A stretch of DNA of 64,000 bases from a bacterium (GCA_963674965.2 CAXXFL010000001.1:640001-704000); one strand, 5' to 3'; numbered from the stretch's first letter, positions 52,008 through 63,679 are shown. Notes: generated by a model not told the origin, from the sequence alone. Numbers and translations: made by a program.

Positions 52008-52238
52008 GATTCCTTCTCCAAATGTTTTTTTTCCGCTACGCGGCTGTTATTATTTTGGTACGATAGCGCGCCTCATGCAAGCGGGAGCGCCGAGGCCGCC
52101 ATTTCAGGTGAGTTCTTTTTCCGGGTAATGCGATATGGTCGGTGAGGAATTCGAGTTTTCGACTGGTCCCGCCTGGCGGGAACGTTTCCTCCCCCTCGGG
52201 TCCCGCGGTAGGGATCCGCGCCTGGGGAGGAGGATCGA

Positions 52239-52484
52239 TCAGCCGCCCAGGTCTATTCTCGCGGGCGGTTTCCTGAAATGCCTTTTGTCTTTTAATACGC
52301 GCGGCAATTTTCCAAAACCTCGGAGTCCGGGTTTTCCCTGGTACTCCTTGCGATGGCAAAGGTGGTCGCCAGGGCATTTTTTCCCATCAATTCCGCATTT
52401 CCCAAGGTCCTCGTCCCTTGGCTGCAAATACTGGACAAAGCTGTCAAGCATCCAGAATTCGCAGTGGCTGCATCTTCTTTCCAT
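52239..52484 (-). CDS. Small Cys-rich hypothetical protein
   Basis: AGGAG RBS; CSHCEFW...GKC...C...C. Confidence 0.5.
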   Translation of the reverse strand: MERRCSHCEFWMLDSFVQYLQPRDEDLGKCGIDGKKCPGDHLCHRKEYQGKPGLRGFGKLPRVLKDKRHFRKPPARIDLGG

Positions 52485-52624
52485 ATTTTTCTCCTTCTTA
52501 GACGTCAGCTTCATGAGGATTTATCTCCATATCGCCGATAGTAGGCGGTCCTTTCCCGAGAGGCCTGGGCCGCCTCTAATTTCCTATCGGCTCCCTTTGC
52601 ATTTTTCTTTAGTCTCCTTCCCGG

Positions 52625-55219
52625 TCACGCCGCCTGGCTGAAGACTATTCTGTTTTCAGCCTCGGGCGAGTCCACCAAGATCGAGTCGCCTTCCTTGAAA
52701 CGGCCCTCCAATATGGACCGAGCCAGAGGGTCCTGGATTTCACGTTGGATCGCCCGCTTTAAAGGCCGGGCCCCGTAAAGAGGATCGAACCCGACCCTGG
52801 CGATATAATCCTTGGCCCGATCGGTAATATCTATGGTCAAACCGCGCTCGGCCAGTCTCTTTGCCAGCCTGGCCACCTGGATATCGACGATGCTCTTGAT
52901 CTGGTCGAAGCCAAGGCTCGAGAAGACGATCACGTCGTCCACCCTGTTCAAGAACTCGGGCTTGAAGTGGTCCCGAAGTTCGTCCATGACCCGGTCGCGG
53001 ACTTTGTCCACCCCGCCCTCAGCCGCCTGGATAAGCCGGGTACCGATGTTGGAAGTCATTATTATCACGGTGTTTTTAAAATCCACGGTCCGGCCCTTGC
53101 CGTCGGTCAGCCGGCCGTCGTCAAGAATCTGGAGAAGGGCGCTCCACACGTCGGGGTGGGCCTTCTCAATCTCGTCGAACAGGACCACCGAGTAGGGTTT
53201 GCGGCGGACCGCCTCGGTCAGGTAGCCGCCCTCCTCGTAACCCACGTATCCGGGGGGCGCTCCGATCAGCCTGGCCACCGAGTGTTTTTCCATGAACTCG
53301 GACATGTCTATGCGGATCATGTTCTTCTCGTCGTCGAAAAGGAACTCGGCCAGGGCCCGTCCCGTTTCCGTCTTACCCACGCCGGTGGGTCCCAAAAAGA
53401 TAAACGATCCGATGGGCCTGTCAGGGTCCGACAGGCCGGAACGCGCCCTTCTTACGGCGTTGGATAACGCCAGCAGGGCCTCGTCTTGTCCAATAACGCG
53501 CATCCCCAGCCTCTCCTCCATTTTAAGGAGCTTCTGGAGCTCGCCCTCGAGCATCTTCGTAACGGGTATGCCGGTCCACTTGGAGACTATTTTCGCCACA
53601 TCCTCCGAGTCGACCTCCTCCTTGAGCATGGCCCGCTCGCTCTGTATACTCTTTAGATGCTCCTGCGCCGCGTTCAGGTTCCGCTCTTCCTCAGGAATTT
53701 TTCCATGCCTTATCTCGGCCACGCGGTTGTAATCGCCCACCCGCTCGGCTTTTTGTTCCTCGATCTGAAGCTCGTCGATATTGGCTTTAGCCTCCCGTAT
53801 GGCCTGGATCACCTCTTTTTCCTGCTTCCACGTGGCCTTGAGGCCGTCGCTCTCGGCGGTTATGTCGGCGATTTCCTTCTCGATTTTTTTAAGCCGCTCC
53901 CGGCACGCCTCGTCTTTTTCCTTTTTCATGGCTTCCCGCTCGATCTCGAGCTGGATTCTTCTCCTCTCGAGCTGGTCGATCTCGGCGGGCATGGAATCGA
54001 TTTCGATTCTAAGGACGGAGGCCGCCTCATCGATCAGGTCGATGGCCTTGTCGGGCAGGAACCGGTCGGTTATGTAGCGATGGGACAAGGTGGCCGCGCT
54101 GACAATGGCCCCGTCCATAATCCGGACGCCGTGGTGGACCTCGTATTTTTCTTTGAGCCCGCGCAGGATGGAGATGGTTTCCTCCACCGTGGGCTCGTCA
54201 ACCAGCACGGGCTGGAAACGACGCTCGAGGGCCGCGTCCTTTTCGACGTGTTTTCGGTACTCGTCCAGGGTGGTGGCGCCGATAGTGCGAAGCTCACCAC
54301 GAGCCAGGGCCGGCTTGAGCATATTCGAGGCGTCAATGGCCCCCTCCGCCGCTCCCGCGCCCACGATGGTGTGCATCTCGTCGATAAAAAGGATGATCTG
54401 CCCCTCGCTCTCGATGATCTCGTTGATCACGGCCTTGAGCCGGTCCTCGAATTCTCCCCGGTACTTGGCGCCCGCCACCAGGGCCCCCATGTCAAGGGCC
54501 ACCAGCCGCTTGTTCTTAAGGCCCTCGGGCACGTCGCCCGCGACTATACGCTGGGCCAGACCCTCGGCTATGGCCGTCTTGCCCACGCCGGGCTCGCCTA
54601 TCAGCACCGGGTTATTCTTGGTGCGGCGGGAAAGGACCTGCATGACCCGGCGGATTTCCTCGTCCCTTCCTATAACGGGGTCCATCTTGCCGCGCGAGGC
54701 TATGTCCGTCAGGTCCTTGGCGTACTGCTTGAGGGCGTCGTAGGTGTTCTCGGGGTTCTGGTCCGTCACCTTTTGGCCGCCCCTAAGCTGCTGAAGGGAC
54801 TTGTATATTTCGTCTTTAGTTACGCCGAGGCCTCGAAGTATCTCTCCGGCCGGTCCCTTGTCCTCAACGGAGGCGATCAAAACGTGCTCGGTGGAAACGT
54901 ACTTGTCGGAAAGCCGGTCGGCTTCTTTCTGGGCCGACTCGAACACCTGGTTAACGCGGGGCGAGATGTATACCTGGTCCGAGCTAACGCCCTGGACCTT
55001 GGGCATTTTGGCCAGCTTGCCGGCCAGTTCCTGACCCAGTTGGTTGATATTCACGCCCAGCTTCTGAAGAATGGGTATGACTATGTTCTTCTCCTGGCCA
55101 AGCATGGCCAGCATCAGGTGCTCGAGGTCAATCTGCTGGTGATCGTTCTCGCTCGCCAGGTTTTGCGCCTTTTGCAGGGCCTCCTGAGTCATAAGCGTCA
55201 TTTTGTCCATTCTTATCAT
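52625..55219 (-). CDS. clpB: ATP-dependent chaperone ClpB
   Basis: Two AAA+ modules ([16 protein letters not shown]), long middle coiled coil, GARPLKR. Confidence 0.97.
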   Translation of the reverse strand: MIRMDKMTLMTQEALQKAQNLASENDHQQIDLEHLMLAMLGQEKNIVIPILQKLGVNINQLGQELAGKLAKMPKVQGVSSDQVYISPRVNQVFESAQKEADRLSDKYVSTEHVLIASVEDKGPAGEILRGLGVTKDEIYKSLQQLRGGQKVTDQNPENTYDALKQYAKDLTDIASRGKMDPVIGRDEEIRRVMQVLSRRTKNNPVLIGEPGVGKTAIAEGLAQRIVAGDVPEGLKNKRLVALDMGALVAGAKYRGEFEDRLKAVINEIIESEGQIILFIDEMHTIVGAGAAEGAIDASNMLKPALARGELRTIGATTLDEYRKHVEKDAALERRFQPVLVDEPTVEETISILRGLKEKYEVHHGVRIMDGAIVSAATLSHRYITDRFLPDKAIDLIDEAASVLRIEIDSMPAEIDQLERRRIQLEIEREAMKKEKDEACRERLKKIEKEIADITAESDGLKATWKQEKEVIQAIREAKANIDELQIEEQKAERVGDYNRVAEIRHGKIPEEERNLNAAQEHLKSIQSERAMLKEEVDSEDVAKIVSKWTGIPVTKMLEGELQKLLKMEERLGMRVIGQDEALLALSNAVRRARSGLSDPDRPIGSFIFLGPTGVGKTETGRALAEFLFDDEKNMIRIDMSEFMEKHSVARLIGAPPGYVGYEEGGYLTEAVRRKPYSVVLFDEIEKAHPDVWSALLQILDDGRLTDGKGRTVDFKNTVIIMTSNIGTRLIQAAEGGVDKVRDRVMDELRDHFKPEFLNRVDDVIVFSSLGFDQIKSIVDIQVARLAKRLAERGLTIDITDRAKDYIARVGFDPLYGARPLKRAIQREIQDPLARSILEGRFKEGDSILVDSPEAENRIVFSQAA

Positions 55220-55534
55220 TTTACTTGTCCTCCTAGACTATACGTTCTTTATTTTCAATCAGTTATGCTTTTATTAAGTTTTCGTTCGCCCTCGGCTCCA
55301 GATAAGGCAAAAGGGCTGAAAGGCCCCTTTTTCGTTCGAGCGTTAGTTTTGTAATTCCCATTAAGATAAGGGTTTTAATAGTTCCACCGCGCGCGCGGCC
55401 CTTATTAGCCATGTTGTTTTTCAAATTGCCTCTTCGCCCTTTTGCCTCATCCGTTATTCTCGCTAAAAATATAATCATGAAATACCGTCTTTCAAGCTTT
55501 ACCGTCTTCTTCGGAGCATGGCCAGGTCCTTCAA

Positions 55535-56452
55535 TCATCGAAAGTGTCTAGCCAGCTCGGAGGCGTATTTTGTGCCCAGCTCCAGCCGGTTTGCCTTGAT
55601 CCAATCGCTAAGCCGGGTCGGGCAAAGAGGAGGGCGTTCAGAAACCAGCAGGTCATCCATCAGCCCGTCGATCTCATCTTTGGTAATGATCTTGTCACCG
55701 ACCATGGCCCCCGCTATCCAGGCGAAAGGAAGCGCCGCGTACCTGGGAAGGGGAACCAGCCTTGCCCCGCTTCCCACCGCTCTTTGAATGAGCCTTACCA
55801 TGTCCGCGTAGGCGTAGACTTCAGGACCAACCGCGTCGACCGTAACGTTGTCCCTGGATTCTCCAAGTTCGACCATTAGTCTAGCCAGGTCCTCGACGTA
55901 TACGGGCTGGAGGCGGTAATCGCCGCGTCCGAAAATCCCGAATAGGGGCAGCCGGCGCAAAAGATATGCGATGTTGTTGATCAGAATGTCCTCCTTCCCG
56001 AAGAGGACCGTGGGCCGGACAATGGCGTAGGAAAGGCCCGATCGCTCCAAAGTCCTCTCCAGGATGGCCTTGCCCCGGAAATAGGGCAATCGAGAATCGA
56101 GGGATGGATTGGAGATGCTGACGTGAACGAAGCGGGAAACCCCCGCCTCTTGGGCCGCCCATATCATATTCTGCGTATTGGCCACGGCCTGGCCGTAAGT
56201 GGTCGATCCATGATTGAACCTTACCCAGTAGGTATTGTACACGACGTCGATCCCCTCGAGGTCCTTGACCATCCTTTTCGGGTCATCAAAGGAATAGGGC
56301 CTGATGTCGATTTTTCCCTCGAAGGGGTCCCTTCTTTGTGGATGACCCGTGAAGGTTCGGACCTTTTCGTTTTTCTCGAGCAGTATTTTTGTGATGTATT
56401 TTCCGGAATAGCTTAGGGCGCCGGTTACGATGTTATGTTTTTTCTTATTCAT
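55535..56452 (-). CDS. NAD(P)-dependent epimerase/atypical SDR
   Basis: VTGALSYSG, YFRGK, IVRPTVLFG, QPVYVEDLA. Confidence 0.85.
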   Translation of the reverse strand: MNKKKHNIVTGALSYSGKYITKILLEKNEKVRTFTGHPQRRDPFEGKIDIRPYSFDDPKRMVKDLEGIDVVYNTYWVRFNHGSTTYGQAVANTQNMIWAAQEAGVSRFVHVSISNPSLDSRLPYFRGKAILERTLERSGLSYAIVRPTVLFGKEDILINNIAYLLRRLPLFGIFGRGDYRLQPVYVEDLARLMVELGESRDNVTVDAVGPEVYAYADMVRLIQRAVGSGARLVPLPRYAALPFAWIAGAMVGDKIITKDEIDGLMDDLLVSERPPLCPTRLSDWIKANRLELGTKYASELARHFR

Positions 56453-56670
56453 TTTTTTCCTCCTTGTCACTCCATAAACGTCAGAAGTTATGGAACATTC
56501 AAAATTTATTGAAATATCCCGCCAAAAAAATGCCCCACGTCCAAAGCCATGAAATTTCATGAATGCTTTTACATATATAGGAGCCAAGGCGGAGGACATT
56601 GCCCCGGCGGTCACGCTTTGGGAGCGTGCTTCTCTTGGTTGTTTCGTCTGAGGTCAACTTTGGCCCCCTT

Positions 56671-57165
56671 TCAGCTTGCCCCGGCCAGGGACTCGAAAAC
56701 GCGCTTGGCCGTTTCCTCGTCGGCCAGTAGTTTCTCCGCGATGGCGTCCATGGTCGAGAGGAGCTTTTCCATTTCCTTTAATCTTTCAGTGACTTCCCCT
56801 CCTTCCGTTTCCCTGGACCTCAGCATTTCCTTGAGGGATTTCAAAAGGGGGTCCATCTCGCGGCGCTTCCTTTCCCGGGCGATGGCGAAGAACATGCTCC
56901 AGATATCGGGCGGGGCCTCGTAATAATCGCGCCTGTCCCCGGCCACGCGGACCCTGTGGACGACTCCCCAATTCCTCAATTCTTTAAGGCACATGCTGGC
57001 GTTGCCCCGGCTGATATTAAGGGTCTTGGCGATGTGGTCGAGGCTGATTGCCCCTTCCGAGGCGATAAGAAGGGCATGGACCCTGGCCATGGAGTTATTA
57101 AGTCCCCACAGGCTCCCCATATTTCCCCAGGACTCGATGAATTTTTCTTTAAGTTTTTGTTCCAT
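56671..57165 (-). CDS. GbsR/MarR-family transcriptional regulator
   Basis: FIESWGNMGSLWG, ISRGNASMCLKELRNWG, GDRRDYY. Confidence 0.88.
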   Translation of the reverse strand: MEQKLKEKFIESWGNMGSLWGLNNSMARVHALLIASEGAISLDHIAKTLNISRGNASMCLKELRNWGVVHRVRVAGDRRDYYEAPPDIWSMFFAIARERKRREMDPLLKSLKEMLRSRETEGGEVTERLKEMEKLLSTMDAIAEKLLADEETAKRVFESLAGAS

Positions 57166-57178
57166 ATCATTTTCTAAT

Positions 57179-57223
57179 TATTCTGTATATTCTGAATATA
57201 CACTATTGTCAGGCCCGCGTCAA
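57179..57223 (-). promoter_or_regulatory. Sigma70 promoter with overlapping palindromic operator (likely autoregulation)
   Basis: TTGACG-17-TATATT on the minus strand; imperfect palindrome TATTCTGTATATTCTGAATA at 57179-57198. Confidence 0.6.
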
Positions 57224-58048
57224 GTACCCCCAGCAAACATTTCCACCAGTGAAAAGTACCACCGGTAATCTGGCCGCAACCATTTGGCCAGGCCATCGCG
57301 CCATTAAGGCGTAAACGCGGCGATACGGAAAACATGCCGTCATTCAAGAGAGCGATTTTTTCCAGAAAAGGGGCCATTGAAGTGGCTGGCTTTGGCCGGC
57401 TGATCTTCTCCCCACCATGGGCGGCTACGGCGGCGAAAGCAAACGACGGGATGGGCAACAAAGCGCCACCGTTAATTTCCTCAAGAAGAATTCCCGTGCT
57501 TCCAAGGATTGAAAGCCGCCGCGCGTTTTTCCGTCTTATGGTCCCGCATGGGGATTGACGTTCTGTTTTTACTTCCCATAACGATATTTTTGACCGTTCT
57601 TTTCCGGCTTGCCAGTCCATGTTCTTGATCTGATTGAAATTCTTTCTTCATTGGACATTTTTCGTTGGGTAATAGTCATTCTCATGGAACCCGTCTTTTA
57701 AGCCGGCCATTCGAATAACCAACGGCTTTTCCGAAAGCAGAGTTTGGCTTCTTCATTCAGCAAATGTCTCTCCACATCACTATTGTATTTCATGTGGCCA
57801 TGACAATGCATGTATATTATTCTCAAGTATGGAGATCGCCCCTTTCGCCCATTTACGTCAATTCCCCGCCTCATGGTCCTTGCCGAGTCCGCCTGGACCC
57901 CGGAGAGTAGAAAAGACTGGACCGACTTTAGATCGAGACTGGAATCGACCAGCGAAAAATATGAAGAAACGGGGACAGTCTTCGGCTGGTATTGAGGAAA
58001 AGGATTTTCATCCAAGGAATAAGCCGGTTGCGGCCGGCGAAAAAAAAG

Positions 58049-58291
58049 TCAGCCTTGTTTTTTCATGCAGGCCTTGAGCCTGTCCTTGACGTCATCGGGC
58101 AGGTACGGTCCGGAGAGGGAACCCATCAGCCCGCGAGTGGCCTTTAAAGTCTCGACGCAGTTTTTACAGCAACCGCATTCCTCGAGATGACGGGCGACGA
58201 TCTCGGCCTCCTTCTTGTCCAGCTCGCCGTCAAGATATTCGGACATCTTCTCGAAGAGCTCTTTACAGTCGCGATGGTCGTGAGTGGCCAT
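58049..58291 (-). CDS. Zinc-finger (zf-HC2/ZAS) anti-sigma factor
   Basis: C...MSEYLDGEL...HLEECGCC. Confidence 0.85.
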   Translation of the reverse strand: MATHDHRDCKELFEKMSEYLDGELDKKEAEIVARHLEECGCCKNCVETLKATRGLMGSLSGPYLPDDVKDRLKACMKKQG

Positions 58292-58878
58292 TATTTAGCC
58301 TCGAAATAATCTTTCAATTGGTTCCGGACGAAGGCCCGGGCACGGTGCAGTCTTATTTTTACGGCCTCCTCCGAGATGTCCAGGGCGTCGGCCGTCTCCC
58401 GAGTGGAAAGCCCCTCCACGTCGCGCATTATCAGCACGCCCCGGTTGGTGAGCGGCACCTCGGCGATGGCGCCCTCCAGGCGCGCCTTGAGTTCCTCGTT
58501 AAGAAGACGGTCCGCGGGATTGAATTCCCATTTCGAGGGAGTGACCTCCAGCATTTCCTCGTGGGTCGTCATGACGTCCTCGAGCCGAAGCTCACGCTGG
58601 CTGCCGCCGGCTTTACGATGCCGCTGGCGACAGGCGTTGCCGGCTATGCTGAACAGCCAGTTGCGAAGCTTCCCGTCCCCCCTGAATTGATGTATCTTTT
58701 CCTTGGCCGTTAAAAAGGTGTCCTGCAGGATGTCCTCGGCGTCCGGGTCCGAGCCGCACATGCGGCGGGCGTAACGGAAAAGCATGGGCGCGAAGGTCTC
58801 GACCATAACGTCGAAACCCTCGTCGTCCTCCTCGGAGATCAGGGTCAGTATACGTTTCTCGGCGTCAATTTCATTCAT
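58291..58878 (-). CDS. ECF RNA polymerase sigma factor
   Basis: DAEDILQDTF, WLFSIAGN, EGLSTRETADAL, VKIRLHRAR. Confidence 0.92.
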   Translation of the reverse strand: MNEIDAEKRILTLISEEDDEGFDVMVETFAPMLFRYARRMCGSDPDAEDILQDTFLTAKEKIHQFRGDGKLRNWLFSIAGNACRQRHRKAGGSQRELRLEDVMTTHEEMLEVTPSKWEFNPADRLLNEELKARLEGAIAEVPLTNRGVLIMRDVEGLSTRETADALDISEEAVKIRLHRARAFVRNQLKDYFEAK

Positions 58879-59050
58879 GTCCGCGTCCTAATAAGGATAT
58901 GGCCTGTTCCGGTTCATGTCAAGAATTGGAGTACATTGGAGCGCTCAGCGGCGATGAACCCGTAACGGCTATGAAAAAATTCGGACCGCCTATTCCGCCG
59001 GCGCTTTAAAGGAACCCCAATCTTCGGTTCATGTCAAAGATAAAGTAAGG

Positions 59051-59770
59051 TTGGGAAAGAAAAAACAAAAATATGTTAGCCGGTTAATTCTGGCGCTTCT
59101 GGGTTTGGCCTTATTATCCCCTCCCGTCGGATATTACGCTTTTCTTTGCCATAGCCATAATAATAGCATGGAGTGGGTTGTTTCCGACCGTGACAATGAC
59201 GGCCTAACTTTACTGGAGGATCTGGACGCGGATGGCGACGGGAAAGATTTTCTCCATGACAAAGACTCGGACAACGACGGCATAAAAGACGCCGAAGAAG
59301 CGGCTATTCACGGAAAAAGCATGGAGGGAATCCCCACTGATTATTTAATGGGCAAATATTTCAATGTATTAGGCCGGATCGGTCGCGTCGTCTGCGTTGA
59401 CGTGCCCATTCAATCCTATCTTATGGCGGGTGCAAGTTTTCCAGCTCTATTAAAAAGAAGCGCGGCCTCTCATCCCGACTGGTTCGAAATCGATGAATCG
59501 AATAAGCCGGAAAATGAGTTTTTCTATCGGCGCGTCCGCAATTATTACGACCTGTTCACCCATCATCCCGGTTTGGAAATAGACCATAGCCCCCGAGTCG
59601 GAGATTGGGCATTTTATGGCCGCGGCCACGTCGCCCTTGTAGTATGGGTCGGAGAAGCGGGGAAATATTTCGCCATGGAGGCTTATTGGGAGGAGACCGA
59701 ACTCGCCGAGGACATAGCCATCGAGAATATCTGGGGACCTCCCGATTTCTTCGGAAGAGTAAAACGATAG
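59051..59770 (+). CDS. Membrane-anchored DUF1287-like (NlpC/P60-like) protein with Asp-rich Ca-binding repeats
   Basis: N-terminal TM; DNDG/DGDG repeats; VCVDV, RRVRN, GD...HVALV. Confidence 0.6.
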   Translation: MGKKKQKYVSRLILALLGLALLSPPVGYYAFLCHSHNNSMEWVVSDRDNDGLTLLEDLDADGDGKDFLHDKDSDNDGIKDAEEAAIHGKSMEGIPTDYLMGKYFNVLGRIGRVVCVDVPIQSYLMAGASFPALLKRSAASHPDWFEIDESNKPENEFFYRRVRNYYDLFTHHPGLEIDHSPRVGDWAFYGRGHVALVVWVGEAGKYFAMEAYWEETELAEDIAIENIWGPPDFFGRVKR

Positions 59771-59934
59771 GAAGGGTCCTTGCGCGAGCAAATAACGAAG
59801 GAGTTGATATTGCAAAATAGTATGTTAATAACTTTGACGATGCTCGCTACCGGTTGCCGTTTAAAGGGACGTTTAAAGTTGTAAAACATTCTTCCTTATG
59901 TTACAGTTATTTAGCGCGTAGTTGAGGGTCCAGG

Positions 59935-61212
59935 ATGGCTGAAGACAACCTGCAATTCATCATTGATAAACTTGGCCAGGCATGCCGGGAGCTTGGGTTC
60001 CTCGATTATATGCCCTCCCAAATGATCGGGCATTTCGTCAAGCAGGCCGTGACCTCGGCCTTTCATGAAAACGAGGTAAAGCTCGATCAGTTCTACCACT
60101 GGGTCAGAATGGAATACTCCGTTCCCGACCACGTCTTTTCCCGCGTCTTTACAACCCTGTCCGAGACGGCCCATAGAGTGGGCATTTCCGTTACCATGCC
60201 TCGTTCCTTCAAGCCCCGGTTCGACGAGAAGGTCAAGGAATGGCTCCGTTACGACGTGGGCGTGGAAGGCGAGCCCGACGCTCCGGCCCCCGCGCCGCCG
60301 CCCGCGGCCAGGGAGGACCGCGTGGGAATCGAGGACCTTATCGACTACGACGAGACGGGAGAGCTGGTGGTGGACCCGGGCGAGCTTATCGTGGGCGAGA
60401 TTATAGACGACGACGAAATCTCGGCTGAGGGCTATTCCGAGGAGGTGGTGCTCATTCCTCTCGAGGCCGAGGTGGTGGCCTACGACGACCTGGTCCCGGA
60501 GGAATACCCCGCGGAAAAGGGGCAACCGCCCCCCGCCCAAGCGCAAAGGGAGGAGGACCAATTGAAACTCGAGCTTCGGGAGTCGGTTCGTCAGGAGTTG
60601 CGCCGCGAGTTGTGGGACGAGGTAAGGCGGGAGGTGAAAGCCGATCTTTCCTCCGTGCTCCAGGCCGAGGCCGATCAAAAAGAAAAGGAAGAGGCGCCCA
60701 AAGGGACCGGGATGGTGGATCAACTCGCCATTATCAAGGCCCTGCGCGAGAGGCTCTCCCCCTCAATCCGGGAAAAAGTCATAAGCGAGTTCACCGCCCT
60801 GGCCAGGGCCCGCGAGGAAGAGGATAGAAAAAGACAACTCGAGGAAATGCTCGACGACCGTGACTTCTGCCTCGATCAAATCCGGGCCTTCCTCTTTCCC
60901 GACCAGCCCGCTTTATGGAAAAAGATCGAGCCCCTGGTCGATTTCGCCCAATGGCGCGACGTGATCAGGCTGCTGTCCGAGAACGAGAAGGCGGACGAAC
61001 TGGATTGGCTTACAAGGCAGCGCTCGATCATGCGGGAGGCCCTGCGTCTCAAGGCCGAGATAGGAGCGGAACTTGGCATCGAGCCCAACCGGCAAGGTCC
61101 CCGCCCCGCCATGAGCAACGCCCTGACCGGCGCCGACGAGATGCTCGACTTCGTCTTGAAAAACGTCTCCGATATTATTAGCGATAACGTGAATTCCCCT
61201 TTCGGCTCGTGA
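59935..61212 (+). CDS. Hypothetical protein with acidic linker and coiled coils
   Basis: 425-aa ORF with host-like codon usage; no family recognised. Confidence 0.65.
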   Translation: MAEDNLQFIIDKLGQACRELGFLDYMPSQMIGHFVKQAVTSAFHENEVKLDQFYHWVRMEYSVPDHVFSRVFTTLSETAHRVGISVTMPRSFKPRFDEKVKEWLRYDVGVEGEPDAPAPAPPPAAREDRVGIEDLIDYDETGELVVDPGELIVGEIIDDDEISAEGYSEEVVLIPLEAEVVAYDDLVPEEYPAEKGQPPPAQAQREEDQLKLELRESVRQELRRELWDEVRREVKADLSSVLQAEADQKEKEEAPKGTGMVDQLAIIKALRERLSPSIREKVISEFTALARAREEEDRKRQLEEMLDDRDFCLDQIRAFLFPDQPALWKKIEPLVDFAQWRDVIRLLSENEKADELDWLTRQRSIMREALRLKAEIGAELGIEPNRQGPRPAMSNALTGADEMLDFVLKNVSDIISDNVNSPFGS

Positions 61213-61280
61213 CCGTTCGACTCGAATCCCGGGCGTCCGCGTCATGGCCGCCCCCATTGACGTCTAACGTCGTAGCCGTA

Positions 61281-61907
61281 TTATCCGCAGCCGCCGGCTT
61301 TCTTGGCGGCCGGTCCAATTGACTTGACCTTTTTTTCGTACTCGCGGTGGGGGGCCTCGTGAGGGTCAGGGTCGGCCTCGGGCCGGCGCTGGCCCAGGGC
61401 GGAGGAAAACTCGTGCCTCATCGTATCGTCCCCCTCGGGCCTGGGCTTCGCGGCCGGGTCATTGTCCTGCCCGTAAACGTCGAGCCAGTAATTGATCCCG
61501 CCCTCGAGGATGTACAGGTTGGCCACGCCCCTGGCGGAAAGCAGCCTCCAGGCCAGGGTCGCCCTTTTCTCGTCGTTCGAGGTCAACACCAGGACCGTGT
61601 TCGGCGGCAGGCTTTTTGCCCACTTATAATCGCGCGCCTGGTCCATGGTCACGCGCTCGGCGTCGATGATATGGAACAGGTTAAAGTCTGCCTCGTCCCG
61701 AACGTCCAGGATTTTCACCGCCGCGTTGTCATTGTAGATAAGGTCGAGAAGCTCGCCCGGGTCGATCTGGACCTCACGCGATTTCAGCCTGGCCTCGAGA
61801 TCGGGCGCCATCCTGGCCGCCAGCTCGTCCGGCGTGGGCTGGCCGAGAAAAAACACCCCAATCCCCACGAGGACCGCGAAAACCGCCCCGCCTATTTTCC
61901 ATTTCAT
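61281..61907 (-). CDS. Membrane-anchored rhodanese-like protein with C-terminal GGCG
   Basis: ILDVRDEADFNLFHI, LEGGINYW; ends KKAGGCG. Confidence 0.8.
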   Translation of the reverse strand: MKWKIGGAVFAVLVGIGVFFLGQPTPDELAARMAPDLEARLKSREVQIDPGELLDLIYNDNAAVKILDVRDEADFNLFHIIDAERVTMDQARDYKWAKSLPPNTVLVLTSNDEKRATLAWRLLSARGVANLYILEGGINYWLDVYGQDNDPAAKPRPEGDDTMRHEFSSALGQRRPEADPDPHEAPHREYEKKVKSIGPAAKKAGGCG

Positions 61908-62509
61908 GACGCCCGCCCTCCCTCGCGCTCGGCGAAATAGGCCTCGATCTTTTCCGCGCCCACGAACATGGCAAGGGCCATGATCACCACGCCCACCACC
62001 ACCACGCCCGGGTCAACGCCGAAAAGGCCGTAAAGAGTCACCTCGCCGTAAGCGCCCGAGGTCTCCCAGAAGACGCGGTAGGCGTCAATGGTTTCCCCGA
62101 ACGCTATCATGCCCAGGCCGAGACCCAGGACGAAGAAGAGGCCGTCCAGCTTGAGGGTCGCCGCCGACACCAGGGCCGTGCCCGGACAATAGCCGCCGAT
62201 GACGAACCCGACCCCGAAGATAATGCCTCCCACTATTCCCGGCCAAAGATAGGTGGGGTTGACGAAAATCTTGCTCACGTTCATTAACCCCAGGGCGCCG
62301 GACAGGAAGATTAACAGCATGGCCGTGATGATGGCCGTGAACATGACCTTGAGGACCCGCATGTCCCGAAGATAAAACTGGGCGGCCAGGTTCCTCGAGT
62401 TGCCGAACCCGGCCCTCTCGAGGGCGAACCCGAAGCCTATTCCCGTGACCACGTACATGACGTTCTTCAGAACGTGTCCGATAAGTTCGTTCAGATCGAG
62501 GGGCGCCAT
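61904..62509 (-). CDS. YeeE/YedE-family sulfur-compound transporter half
   Basis: GFGFALERAGF, GGIIFGVGF...GYCPGT. Confidence 0.88.
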   Translation of the reverse strand: MAPLDLNELIGHVLKNVMYVVTGIGFGFALERAGFGNSRNLAAQFYLRDMRVLKVMFTAIITAMLLIFLSGALGLMNVSKIFVNPTYLWPGIVGGIIFGVGFVIGGYCPGTALVSAATLKLDGLFFVLGLGLGMIAFGETIDAYRVFWETSGAYGEVTLYGLFGVDPGVVVVGVVIMALAMFVGAEKIEAYFAEREGGRAS

Positions 62510-62519
62510 GGCTTCCTCC

Positions 62520-63059
62520 TTATCTCCAGAGCCTGCGGACGAAGTAGGCCATCATGTAGGCCCCCCCGAACACGGAGAACATGAAGGCCCAACTGCCGGC
62601 GGACAGGACCGCGCCTCCCGACAGGGCCTGGCTCGAGGTGCATCCTCTCGCGATCCGGACGCCGTAGCCCGCGATGGTCCCCCCGATGAGCGCCGCGACC
62701 CACCTGGTATGAACGCTTATATGGGGGCCCTTGAAGGTCTCGGGCTTGACCCGGCCCGCCAGCATTCCCGAGGCGAAGCCGCCGATCATGACCCCAATTA
62801 TCTCGAAGACCAGCCACGTGTCCAGGGGGTTGTCGCTTCCGCGCAGGAGTCCCACCAAATAGGCGTTCCTGTCCGTGTGGCCCGGCGCCACCAGGTCCAC
62901 GGCGGCGCTCACCAGTTTGGCTATCCCGCCCGAGGCCCCTAGACCGTGCCCGAACAAGAGATAGGAAAGGAAAAGCACCACGCCCAGCAAGACCCCCGCC
63001 GCGTAGGGGTTCATGTATTCCGATCGAGACCGCTCCACGTCAGCCCTCCTTCCCGTCAT
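62520..63059 (-). CDS. YeeE/YedE-family sulfur-compound transporter half
   Basis: NPYAAG, GLGASG, GVRIARGCTSSQALSGG; start may be 63014. Confidence 0.85.
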   Translation of the reverse strand: MTGRRADVERSRSEYMNPYAAGVLLGVVLFLSYLLFGHGLGASGGIAKLVSAAVDLVAPGHTDRNAYLVGLLRGSDNPLDTWLVFEIIGVMIGGFASGMLAGRVKPETFKGPHISVHTRWVAALIGGTIAGYGVRIARGCTSSQALSGGAVLSAGSWAFMFSVFGGAYMMAYFVRRLWR

Positions 63060-63675
63060 CGAGGTGGACTTCCTCGTAACCCAGGACCATGGCCTTGAGG
63101 TTCGAGAAAATCGTATGGCCCGTGGTTATCATGTACACGTGCACGATTAAAAAGGCCGCGAACATCCAGGCGCCGAAGCGGTGGATGGGACCGAGAAGCT
63201 TCAATCCGCCAAAGTACTCGACCCAGGCTGGATTGACCTCCGCGCTCAGCTTGAGAGCCCCGGTCACGATCATGAGGGGCAAGAGGACGTTCAGTATCAT
63301 GAAGTAGGTAATTTTCTGCAGGGGCAAGAGTCTTTTTTCCGGCGTCTTGTCGAAGGGATGGGGAGCGCCCACGAAGATGCCCCAGATATAATAGGTGGCG
63401 TGCCTTATGCCGAGAGTGAAAAAATCCTCCAGCCCGGGCACGTACCTTTTTAGAAGTCCGCCCGCCAGGTTGTAGAAAAGGGCCAGAAAGGCGTTGACCA
63501 CCAATATAACGCCCGCAAGATTGTGGAGGGTGACGGCCACCTTGAAGCCCGTTACCGAGAAGTTTCCCGCGTAGCTGATCTCGAAGCCGCTCATAATCAG
63601 GACGAGGACCGCTATGGCCTGGACCCAGTGCCAAATTCTTTCGTAGAACGAGTAAAACCAGACTTTCTTTTCCAT
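63040..63675 (-). CDS. Di-heme cytochrome b (hydrogenase/thiosulfate-reductase b-subunit type)
   Basis: ERIWHWVQA, LHNLAG, PLQKITY, IHRFGAW...IVHVYM. Confidence 0.88.
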   Translation of the reverse strand: MEKKVWFYSFYERIWHWVQAIAVLVLIMSGFEISYAGNFSVTGFKVAVTLHNLAGVILVVNAFLALFYNLAGGLLKRYVPGLEDFFTLGIRHATYYIWGIFVGAPHPFDKTPEKRLLPLQKITYFMILNVLLPLMIVTGALKLSAEVNPAWVEYFGGLKLLGPIHRFGAWMFAAFLIVHVYMITTGHTIFSNLKAMVLGYEEVHLDDGKEG

Positions 63676-63679
63676 GGCG

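Noticed and set aside
55220-55534. CIRCE/HrcA operator upstream of clpB
   Set aside because: Only a weak half-site (CTAACGCTC on the minus strand) with no matching second arm at 9-bp spacing.
57260-58040. ORFs between the GbsR regulator and the anti-sigma gene
   Set aside because: Several short overlapping ORFs on both strands with no RBS or motif support; not called.
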